Shown: one piece after another, positions 32,201 to 39,626 of the stretch
How positions within the stretch are numbered: the first letter of the stretch is position 1
Layout: each line of letters begins with the position of its first letter
Source: Acidimicrobiia bacterium
Lineage (GTDB): Bacteria; Actinomycetota; Acidimicrobiia; Spongiisociales; ZC4RG35
Reading direction: 5' to 3'
Assembly: GCA_965203555.1 (NCBI GenBank)
Contig: CBDBCY010000004.1
Location: forward strand, 2,400,001-2,464,000
DNA length: 64,000 bases
Position numbers and translations under genes: made by a program
The notes under the pieces: model-generated
The model's input: only the letters and a program-made list of their open reading frames with translations
Told to the model about the DNA's origin: nothing
Database searches by the model: none

Positions 32201-32791
32201 GCCCTGGGCATAGCGGCAGACGGCTACTTCGGTCCCCAGACCGCCGGCGCCACCAGGACCTGGCAACAGGCCAACGGTTTGGAGGCCGACGGAATAGTGG
32301 GTCTCGACTCCTGGCGCCGCATGTTCACCGGAGCAGGCCCATCAGACTCTTCCCCGGTGAATCGAACCTCCTCGGCGCTGCTGGAAGAGGGGGACACGGG
32401 CCCCAGTGTGGAGAAGTGGCAGCGGGCTCTGGGGATCGAGGTAACGGGGGTGTTCGACGCCGATACGGTGGCTCGCACCAAGGCTTGGCAGCGCGAGCAG
32501 GGGATCGCCGCCGACGGCAAGGTCACCCAGACATCCTGGGATCGCATGTTCTCCGACGAAGTCGTCGCCCCTGTCGATAACTGCCCTCTCCCCCAGGTGT
32601 TGGAATCGGAATCGGGGTGCACCGGCCCCAGGGTGGAGAGATGGCAGCGGGCTCTGGGGATCGAGGTTACGGGGGTGTTCGACGCCGATACGGAGGCGCA
32701 CACCAAGGCTTGGCAGCGCGGTCAGGGGATCGCCGCCGACGGCAGGGTAACCGAAACATCTTGGTACCGTATGTTTCCTGATGAGGAATGA
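29258..32791 (+). CDS. Secreted SpoIID/LytB-domain protein with FN3 and about eight peptidoglycan-binding repeats
   Basis: GYGHGVGLTQYGA, EDYVAGIAE, ALEAQAIAARSYA, DQVY, YSSSSGG.TE; repeated WQ.ALGI.ADG.FG..T...T..WQ..NGL..DGIVG..SW. Confidence 0.85.
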   Translation: MTSFTLENDRKDTRQRWSLRLAAGLSAVFLLVGTAIPVPAAEYPGEPLRMGSRGQAVRAWQAALGIAADGNFGEQTREATIAWQNRNGLTADGIVGPASWKIMFPDATIDPDDVRITIAGAGYGHGVGLTQYGAKGMSQQGYTSTQILEHFYQGSSVEDLSDAIPGSWVVTESMPIWVGMRQNRTEFTFVVSTGRVRVCFDGDYNSYPLLVAGASPDRDNTFTGLLITRLADLGYLQGAPETFNETVREAVISFQAAQGLEADGVVGGGTWQALVQGSGLSDCAGAYYLNSGEELVVTAQGDGSCSTNLVGAVSQCRLSIQDLSDDNRVGLRGLNYGGEMTQFVHGRIRVRPKGARMHFSMQMDIEDYVAGIAEIPTAWMDAALEAQAIAARSYAIYAMLRRGSESSFSDSRKSACWCHVVSDTRDQVYAGWNRQIQNGGRWELVGARPTAGMVVTHPEEELTVVQAFYSSSSGGATEDSSALWGTAGRPYLVSVEDPWSIDPAVNPGASWSKSLSLSQLLGIYDLDGRFDDVISVTTVPYPWGSAQFVKVEGIRGGSKVVERGSASTLKSSLRLRSRYFEIDYLADWWAPPPAPTGVEVAGGRAATVSWAPVPSRFAPENYTVSVSPAHADPITVEASQTSAVFSGLSAGVEYSFTVTATNQVGTGPSSAATAPKVVIPENPYPGASLREGDRGESVRVWQGALGITADGDFGPATTAATRQWQQANGLAVDGIVGEESWNKMFSSPPSAETPDETETEDETEPDPEPEETGSDVPSYPGFLLRVGSQGKWVRTWQSALGLRADGYFGSDTARATREWQQANGLAPDGIVGMKSWQAMFPGAGVERPTPPPAVGDEGDDLPEQEPGAGVPPYPGSSLKVGSQGADVIVWQRALGIAADGYFGPATLSATKAWQYRQGLVADGVVGLSSWLKMFPGAKVQEGGPPAPEEGDGDGPAAEAPPYPGSPLRMGSRGADVVTWQRALGIAADGYFGPQTAGATRTWQQANGLEADGIVGLDSWRRMFTGAGPSDSSPVNRTSSALLEEGDTGPSVEKWQRALGIEVTGVFDADTVARTKAWQREQGIAADGKVTQTSWDRMFSDEVVAPVDNCPLPQVLESESGCTGPRVERWQRALGIEVTGVFDADTEAHTKAWQRGQGIAADGRVTETSWYRMFPDEE

Positions 32792-34709
32792 ATCTTTAGC
32801 GGTAGCGGTGGTCAAAGGTCTGGCCATGGATGCGGTCCAGCGGGCCAACTCCGGCCATCCGGGAATGCCGATGGGAATGGCCGACATAGCAGTGACGCTT
32901 TGGTCTCGTTTTATCAAGGTGGATCCTGATTGTCCGACCTGGCCGGACCGGGACCGCTTCGTGCTCTCCAACGGTCACGGCTCGATGCTGCTCTACGCCA
33001 TGTTGCATCTGTCCGGTTTCCCGATCTCGATGCAGGACCTGAAGAACTTCCGGCAATGGGGGTTCCCCACCGCCGGCCATCCCGAGCGGGAGCCGGAGTT
33101 GGGCATCGAGACCACCACCGGACCCCTTGGCCAGGGCTTCGCCAACGGAGTGGGGATGGCCATAGCCGAGGAACATCTTCGCGCCCGGCTGGGGGCCGAT
33201 CAGGTGGACCATCACACCTACGGTTTCGTATCCGACGGTGACCTCATGGAGGGAGTGGCGGCCGAAGCGGCGTCTCTGGCCGGGCATCTGGGCTTGGGGA
33301 AACTGATCTACTTCTACGATGACAACCGTATCTCGATCGACGGCACAACCGATATCACGTTCTCCGAAGATGTCGGCGCCCGGTTCAACGCGCTCGGTTG
33401 GCACACCTTGTCGGTCGACGGCCACGACCGGGAGGCGGTGGCGGAGGCGACCCTGCAGGCTCTGAACACTGACGAACAACCGTCACTGATCATCTGCCGG
33501 ACCCACATCGGGGCGGGTTCTCCCAACAAGGTGGACACTCCCGGGGCTCACGGAGCGCCGCTGGGCGCCGAAGAGGTGAGACTGGCCAAGGAGAACATCG
33601 GGATACCGCCGGAGGAGGACTTCTGGGTGCCGGCGGAGGTTTACAGCTTCATGTCGGATGCTATGGGGCGGGGAAGGGCCGCCCGCCGGGAATGGGAGAG
33701 TCGGGAACGCTCCGCCGATTGGCACACCCTTCATACCCACCAACCGGTGAGGCTGGATTCCCCGGAGTTCGAGCCGGGCGCTGGCGTCGCTACCCGGAAT
33801 GTGTCGGGAAAGCTCTTCGGCCAGATCGGTGAGAAGGCGCCCGGTCTGATCGGGGGAGCGGCCGATCTGGCCGAGTCCACCAAGACGGTGCTGCCCGGCG
33901 ATCGGGGATTCTCCCGCACCAATCGCCTGGGCCGGAACATGCATTTCGGTGTCAGGGAGCACGGAATGGGAGGAATCGTCAACGGCATGGCTCTGCATGG
34001 TGGCCTGCGGCCCTACGGATCCACCTTCTTCGTCTTCACCGACTACATGCGTCCTTCCATCCGGCTTTCGGCCCTGATGGAACTTCCCTGCATCTGGGTG
34101 ATGACCCATGACTCCGTCATGTTGGGAGAGGACGGTCCCACCCATCAGCCCGTTGAGCATCTCGCCAGCCTGCGGGCCATGCCCGGGCTGTGGGTCATCC
34201 GGCCGGCCGACGCCACCGAGTCGGTGGAGGCATGGGAGATGGCTCTCAACCGGACCGAGGGTCCCACCGTGCTGGTGTTCAGCCGCCAGGGACTACCGGT
34301 GCTTGATCGATCGGCCGCCGACGGGGGACCGGCGCAGGGCGGGTACGTGCTCCGTCCCGGCGAAGACGTGGTGATCGTTGCAACCGGATCGGAGGTCTCG
34401 TTGGCATTGGACGCCGCAGAATTGCTTGAACCCCAGGGGGTCTCTGCCAAAATTGTCAGCCTTCCCTGCTGGGAGGCCTTCGAAGAGCAGGATGACTCCT
34501 ATCGAGAACATGTCCTCGGCGACGGCATTCCCCGGGTGTCGGTGGAGGCAGGCGCCACCTACGGCTGGGAACGGATCGTCGGTTCGGAGGGTTTGGCTAT
34601 CGGAATCGACCGGTTCGGAGCTTCGGCGCCTTACAAGGTGCTGGCCCGGAATTTCGGCTTCGACCCCCAGACCGTTGCCGAGCGAGTGTTGTCCCATCTC
34701 TCCGACTAG
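32781..34709 (+). CDS. tkt: Transketolase
   Basis: NSGHPG, RDRFVLSNGHGS, GPLGQG, SDGDLMEG, FGVREHGM, GEDGPTHQP. Confidence 0.95.
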   Translation: MRNESLAVAVVKGLAMDAVQRANSGHPGMPMGMADIAVTLWSRFIKVDPDCPTWPDRDRFVLSNGHGSMLLYAMLHLSGFPISMQDLKNFRQWGFPTAGHPEREPELGIETTTGPLGQGFANGVGMAIAEEHLRARLGADQVDHHTYGFVSDGDLMEGVAAEAASLAGHLGLGKLIYFYDDNRISIDGTTDITFSEDVGARFNALGWHTLSVDGHDREAVAEATLQALNTDEQPSLIICRTHIGAGSPNKVDTPGAHGAPLGAEEVRLAKENIGIPPEEDFWVPAEVYSFMSDAMGRGRAARREWESRERSADWHTLHTHQPVRLDSPEFEPGAGVATRNVSGKLFGQIGEKAPGLIGGAADLAESTKTVLPGDRGFSRTNRLGRNMHFGVREHGMGGIVNGMALHGGLRPYGSTFFVFTDYMRPSIRLSALMELPCIWVMTHDSVMLGEDGPTHQPVEHLASLRAMPGLWVIRPADATESVEAWEMALNRTEGPTVLVFSRQGLPVLDRSAADGGPAQGGYVLRPGEDVVIVATGSEVSLALDAAELLEPQGVSAKIVSLPCWEAFEEQDDSYREHVLGDGIPRVSVEAGATYGWERIVGSEGLAIGIDRFGASAPYKVLARNFGFDPQTVAERVLSHLSD

Positions 34710-34715
34710 CGATCG

Positions 34716-35378
34716 GTGATCCCTGCCGGCGCAACTTTCGGTCCTGCCGCTTTCATGGCTGCCTGGGCCGGTGGATTGGCTCTCACCCTGCCCCTGGCGG
34801 TCCGGTGGAAGGTGGCCAAGCGGGGCTACCAGATGCTGGGAGGGGGGGCCTCGGCGCTTCTGATGATCTATCCGGCCCTTCGTTCCTGGTGGGCGGCGGC
34901 AGGATTGGTCCTGGTGGCGGCGGCGGTTTTGAGATCGGGGAGGAGCGGGTATTCCTCCCTGGTCATCCCCGGCGCCGTCCTGGCGCTGTTCTCTTCGGCT
35001 CTGATCGCGGGCTGGGTTGCCGCCATTGCCGCCGGCGCGGCGCTGGGAGGGATCACCTCCACCATGCTTTTGGGCCACTGGTTCCTGGTTGACCCCACCC
35101 TGCCTCGTTGGGCGGTGCGGCGCCTCGACCTTCTGGCCGGCGCCGGACTGGTCCTGAGCTTGACGGCCGGGTGGCTGAACGGAGCTGCTCCCTATGACGG
35201 GGGCGCCTTGGGGTGGGCCCTTGCCGCGTTGGCGCTGGTGAGCGCAGCGTTGGTGGCGGGAACTTGGTTCGCTCTGGGTGAGACCGGTTACTCGGGTGTG
35301 ATGGCGGCAACCGGCCTCTCCTACCTGGGTGTCGTTACGGTAGCCGGCGTGGTGTTTCTCAACCACTTGATGGTTTAG
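34716..35378 (+). CDS. Hypothetical integral membrane protein
   Basis: Multiple TM helices; MLLGHWFLVDP and YSGVMAATGLSY motifs. Confidence 0.7.
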   Translation: MIPAGATFGPAAFMAAWAGGLALTLPLAVRWKVAKRGYQMLGGGASALLMIYPALRSWWAAAGLVLVAAAVLRSGRSGYSSLVIPGAVLALFSSALIAGWVAAIAAGAALGGITSTMLLGHWFLVDPTLPRWAVRRLDLLAGAGLVLSLTAGWLNGAAPYDGGALGWALAALALVSAALVAGTWFALGETGYSGVMAATGLSYLGVVTVAGVVFLNHLMV

Positions 35379-35398
35379 AGGATTAGGGTGTGTTCACG

Positions 35399-35537
35399 TG
35401 AACCGCCCCGGATTCATCGGAGAATGTTTTGTGTGAGTAATTCTCCGGTTGTTGGTGGTTGTTGTCTGTGGTGGTGGACCTCTTTTTTCGGCGGGTGGGA
35501 TGTCTCCGATGGGTTCGAGGAGTCTGCGGTGGTTATG
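35399..35537 (-). mobile_element. IS3-family (IS51 group, IS629/IS6110-like) right-end remnant
   Basis: Terminal IR TGAACCGCCCCGGATTCATCGGAGA at 35399-35423; minus strand encodes transposase tail HNHRRLLEPIGDIPPAE. Confidence 0.8.
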
Positions 35538-35591
35538 TGGAGTCGGCGTTGACCTGTTTGACCGGGTGGCGGACGGACTACACTCGGAAAT

Positions 35592-36689
35592 GTGACGCCG
35601 ACCGGTGGTTCTTCGGGTTCCGACCGGCCTCCTCCTTGGCTCAATCGCTGGTTGGGCACGGTCGCTTTGGCGGTGTTGGGGATTGCGGCGGTGGTGTGGG
35701 TGATGAGAGAGTTAACCGCCCTTTTGGTGATGGTCTTCGTCGCCCTGTTCCTGGCGGTGGGGCTTGTTCCGGCGGTGGACTGGCTGGAGAAGAAAGGATG
35801 GGGTCGCCGATGGGCGACCGCTGCGGTCTTTGCGGTGGCCCTGGTGCTGATAGTGGTGTTTTTGGCTACCCTGCTGCCTCTTTTGATCAGCCAGGCTGCG
35901 GAGATCGCCGTCAAATTGCCCGACTATCTGGCCACCGTGGAGGATTGGCTGGGACAGTACCTGAACGTCGATCTGGACGGCGCCATCCGTTCCCAACTGA
36001 CGGATATCGGGGCGCTTATCGAGCAGTACGGGGGCCGACTGACCGAAGGGGCGCTGGCGGTGGGTGGCACTTTGGCGACCGCGGTCTTCCAGGTGATGAC
36101 CGTTTTGCTGTTTGCCTTCTACATCGTGGCGGACACGCCCAGGATGCTGCGCCTGGTGCTTTCGCTCTTCTCCGCCCGCCGTCAACACCTCCTGCTGCGG
36201 ATCTGGGAGGTCTCCATAGAAAAGACCGGCGGGTATATCTATTCGAGGTTGATTCTGGCAGGGCTGTCGGCGGTGATCACCACCGTGACGCTGGCCCTGC
36301 TCTCGGTGCCCTATCCGGTGGCGCTGGGAATCTGGATGGGGGTGATATCCCAGTTTTTGCCCGTGATCGGCACCTATGTCGGGGGAGCGCTCCCGGTCTT
36401 CATCGCCCTGGTCGAGAACCCGATCACCGCCCTGTGGGTCCTGATTCTGATCGTCGCCTACCAGCAGATCGAAAACCTGATCATCTCTCCCCGGGTCACC
36501 TCCCGCACCATGGCCGTCCACCCGGCGGTCTCGGTGGGGGCGGTGATCGCCGGCGGATACCTGATGGGAGCGGTGGGAGCGGTCCTGTCGCTGCCGGTGG
36601 TCGCCATAGTGCAGTCCTTGATCTCCACCTCGCTTCGACACCATGAACTGGTAGTGGAGATAGAGGACAGCACCGGCCGGGAGGAATAG
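35592..36689 (+). CDS. AI-2E family transporter
   Basis: P.V..LE, GGYIYSRL, FLP.IG, YQQIEN.II.PR, VHP, SLPVVA. Confidence 0.88.
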   Translation: MTPTGGSSGSDRPPPWLNRWLGTVALAVLGIAAVVWVMRELTALLVMVFVALFLAVGLVPAVDWLEKKGWGRRWATAAVFAVALVLIVVFLATLLPLLISQAAEIAVKLPDYLATVEDWLGQYLNVDLDGAIRSQLTDIGALIEQYGGRLTEGALAVGGTLATAVFQVMTVLLFAFYIVADTPRMLRLVLSLFSARRQHLLLRIWEVSIEKTGGYIYSRLILAGLSAVITTVTLALLSVPYPVALGIWMGVISQFLPVIGTYVGGALPVFIALVENPITALWVLILIVAYQQIENLIISPRVTSRTMAVHPAVSVGAVIAGGYLMGAVGAVLSLPVVAIVQSLISTSLRHHELVVEIEDSTGREE

Positions 36690-36967
36690 ACCGACCATCG
36701 GACACCCGCCCCACCCCCTCGAACAGGCCCGGGCCCGGCCGATTAGGGGCGAAAACCACCGCCGGCGCCGATCAGCGCCAAGGTCGACACGAGCCTCAAA
36801 ACAATGCCGGGCACACTCCACGGTGCCCGGCACACCCCGGACACCGGATCCGAACAGGTTCGTCGGGTACGGTTGGTTCGCTCCGCCGCCGGTGGGGTTC
36901 GGTCTTCATGATTCCTTCACATTCGTTGGTTTACGCTCCCTTTTCGTCGCTGAGAAAGGAGACATCT

Positions 36968-37318
36968 ATGAGCAGACGAATGCGAATGGCCGCCGCCGCG
37001 GCCGGCCTGTTGATTGTCGGGGTGGCCGGCGGGATTCTGATGGGCGGCCGGGCGGGAGACAACGACGGTGAGATGGTCGGGAACACCGGTTTCGTGAACC
37101 GGGTGGTGGAGAATCTCGGAATGGACAAGGATGTGGTTCGGGACGCCGTCGACGGGGCGAAACAGGACGAGGAAGACGGTGGGAAAGGGACGTTTGCCTC
37201 CCGGCTGGCCGAGAACCTCGACCTCGAGGAGTCACAGGTTCGAAACGCTTTGGACCGGGCGAAGCGGGAGACACTCCGAGAGCGGGTCCGCGCCAATCCG
37301 GGGTCGGACCTCGGATAG
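36968..37318 (+). CDS. Small secreted/membrane-anchored hypothetical protein upstream of the two-component system
   Basis: AAGGAG RBS, N-terminal hydrophobic helix, duplicated F..R..ENL.....VR.A motif. Confidence 0.7.
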   Translation: MSRRMRMAAAAAGLLIVGVAGGILMGGRAGDNDGEMVGNTGFVNRVVENLGMDKDVVRDAVDGAKQDEEDGGKGTFASRLAENLDLEESQVRNALDRAKRETLRERVRANPGSDLG

Positions 37319-37353
37319 GGATTCGATGTGTCCGACGAAAGGCCGACGAGATC

Positions 37354-38124
37354 TTGAAGCCTTCAGGTGATCGGCCCGAGGAGCCCGGCATCCACCGGGA
37401 ATGGCAGTATTCTGGGACTGCCGGAAGGTTGAAGGCGGGTTGCACGGTTCTGATCATCGAGGACGACGAGCACACCACCGAACTGGTGCGCATGTACCTG
37501 GCTCGGGACGGTCACAGGGTGGTGGCGGCGGCTGACGGCTCCGAGGGCCTGGAGGTCGCCGCCGCCGCCCGTCCGGATCTGGTGGTGCTCGACCTGATGC
37601 TTCCGGGACTGGACGGGATGGAAGTGTGTCGAAGGCTCCGAGAGACCACGGATGTGCCGGTGATCATGTTGACTGCCCGCGTGGACGAGGCCGACCGGCT
37701 GGCCGGACTCGATCTCGGCGCAGACGACTACGTCACCAAGCCGTTCAGCCCCCGGGAGTTGGCGGCGAGGGTCCGGGCGGTGTTGAGACGGGTCTCCCGT
37801 GAAGCGGGTCTGAGCAGACCGGGGAAGATGCGGCGAGGGGAGGTTACCGTTCACCTGGGTTCCCGCCGGGTTCGCGTGGGGGAGCGTTCCGTGGCGCTCA
37901 CCCCCACCGAGTTCCATATTCTGGTGGTGCTGATCCGCGAACCGGAGCGGGTGTTCACCCGCGAGGAAATTATCGATGAGGTATTCGGTTACGACTTCTT
38001 CGGCTTCGACCGCACGGTGGATGCGCATGTGTCGAACCTCCGGCGCAAGTTGCGGGGTGACGGGGAAGCGGCCGGTTGTATCGGGACGGTCTACGGTGTC
38101 GGGTACAGATTCGACCGCCTTTAG
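37354..38124 (+). CDS. OmpR-family response regulator (start uncertain)
   Basis: IIEDD, DLVVLDLMLPG, GADDYVTKPFS, RTVDAHVSNLRRKL, TVYGVGY. Confidence 0.92.
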   Translation: MKPSGDRPEEPGIHREWQYSGTAGRLKAGCTVLIIEDDEHTTELVRMYLARDGHRVVAAADGSEGLEVAAAARPDLVVLDLMLPGLDGMEVCRRLRETTDVPVIMLTARVDEADRLAGLDLGADDYVTKPFSPRELAARVRAVLRRVSREAGLSRPGKMRRGEVTVHLGSRRVRVGERSVALTPTEFHILVVLIREPERVFTREEIIDEVFGYDFFGFDRTVDAHVSNLRRKLRGDGEAAGCIGTVYGVGYRFDRL

Positions 38125-38148
38125 GCTTCCCGGAGCCCGGAGGGGGTC

Positions 38149-39516
38149 ATGATCCGCAGAGTCCCGGCCAGTCTCTGGTTCAGGCTGGTAGTCGGTTTCG
38201 CGGTGACGCTTTTTGCGACGTTGCTCGGTGTCGGTCTCTACCTGAACCGGGTGGCCACCCGGGAGACAACCCTCTTCGATACGGACACCGGGGAGATCCG
38301 GGCGGCTCGTGTGGAAGAAATCGTGTCCGGGTATCTGCGGGGCCGGTCGGGGCAGGTCCACCTCCAGGACGCCGTGGAGAGCGCCGGCCGGCTGTACGGC
38401 TGGCGGATCGTGGTCCTCAACCGGGACGGGACGCCCTTGGCGGACTCTCACGTCGCGGCGGCCCGGCAGGAGATAGGCGAAACGCCCGGCAGCAGGAACA
38501 TACCCGTCGTGGACGAAGGACGAAAGGTGGCCTCGCTGCTGGTGGAGAGCCTCCCCCAACCCGAGGAAGGAACCGAACCGACCGCTTCCCGGATCGCTGC
38601 CTCCCTGAACCGGTCTCTACTCTACGCAGGTCTGGTCGGCGGCCTGGGCGGTATCGCGCTGGTCGCGCTCGTATCGGGCCGGATGCTCGGACCGGTGCGC
38701 CGGCTGAGCGACGCGGCCCGGCGCCTGGGGCGGGGTGACCTGAACCAACGGGTACCCTCCCCCGGACGAGACGAACTCGGTGAACTGGGGCGAAGCTTCA
38801 ACACGATGGCCTCCCGGCTCCAACGCGCCGAGCAACGGCGCCGCGACCTGATAGCGGACGTGACCCACGAACTGAGAACGCCCCTCTCGAACATCCAGGG
38901 ATACCTGGAAGCGGTGAAGGACGGCCTGATCGAACCCGACCCCGGAACTATCGATACCATCGCCGGCCAGACATCGCTGCTCTCCCGCCTGGTGGAGGAC
39001 CTGAAAGTGCTGGCGCTGGCGGAAACCGGTTCACTGAGGCTGGATCGGCGGCACATGTCGCTCCTGCCGATAGTGCACGCCGCGATCGAGTCATTCGCTC
39101 CCCGCGCGCTGGCGAAGGACATCGAACTGACCATTGAGGCGCCCTCCCACCTGCCGGCGGTCGAGATCGACCCCGAACGTCTCGCCCAGGTAACCGCCAA
39201 CCTGGTCGAGAACGCCATCGTCCAAACACCCGAAGGGGGCACAGTGCGCCTTGTGGTGGAAGCCGGGCCAACCCTGGTCAGGGTCACCGTCGAGGACACC
39301 GGACCCGGTATCCCACCCGACGACCTGAAACGCGTCTTCGACCGCTTCTATCGGGTGGACCCGTCCCGCACCCGGTCGACGGGCGGCGCGGGCCTCGGAC
39401 TCACCGTAGCCAAACAACTCGTCGAAGCCCACGACGGCGCCGTCCAGGCTCGGAGCACCCCCGGAATCGGCAGCCAGTTCACCTACGAACTCCCCGTGGG
39501 TCGACGAGACGCCTGA
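38149..39516 (+). CDS. HAMP sensor histidine kinase (BaeS-like)
   Basis: Two TMs, HAMP, HELRTPL, NLVENA, DTGPGI, RFYRVD, GAGLGL. Confidence 0.92.
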   Translation: MIRRVPASLWFRLVVGFAVTLFATLLGVGLYLNRVATRETTLFDTDTGEIRAARVEEIVSGYLRGRSGQVHLQDAVESAGRLYGWRIVVLNRDGTPLADSHVAAARQEIGETPGSRNIPVVDEGRKVASLLVESLPQPEEGTEPTASRIAASLNRSLLYAGLVGGLGGIALVALVSGRMLGPVRRLSDAARRLGRGDLNQRVPSPGRDELGELGRSFNTMASRLQRAEQRRRDLIADVTHELRTPLSNIQGYLEAVKDGLIEPDPGTIDTIAGQTSLLSRLVEDLKVLALAETGSLRLDRRHMSLLPIVHAAIESFAPRALAKDIELTIEAPSHLPAVEIDPERLAQVTANLVENAIVQTPEGGTVRLVVEAGPTLVRVTVEDTGPGIPPDDLKRVFDRFYRVDPSRTRSTGGAGLGLTVAKQLVEAHDGAVQARSTPGIGSQFTYELPVGRRDA

Positions 39517-39626
39517 AAGAATGGGCGACGTCGAGGGCACGCGCGCCCATCCGAAGCTCTGGCCTTCCGTTCCTCCCGGACCCGGACTCCTCCCGGTAAC
39601 GGAAAGGCTAGGGGACGCTAAGGTGG

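Noticed and set aside
29720-32266. 848-aa minus-strand ORF (likewise 40023-42572, 15602-17116, 11786-13219)
   Set aside because: Antisense shadows of well-supported GC-rich genes; no motifs
36805-36832. 10-bp stem TGCCGGGCAC/GTGCCCGGCA as ncRNA or REP element
   Set aside because: Single copy, no further structure; at most an ordinary terminator
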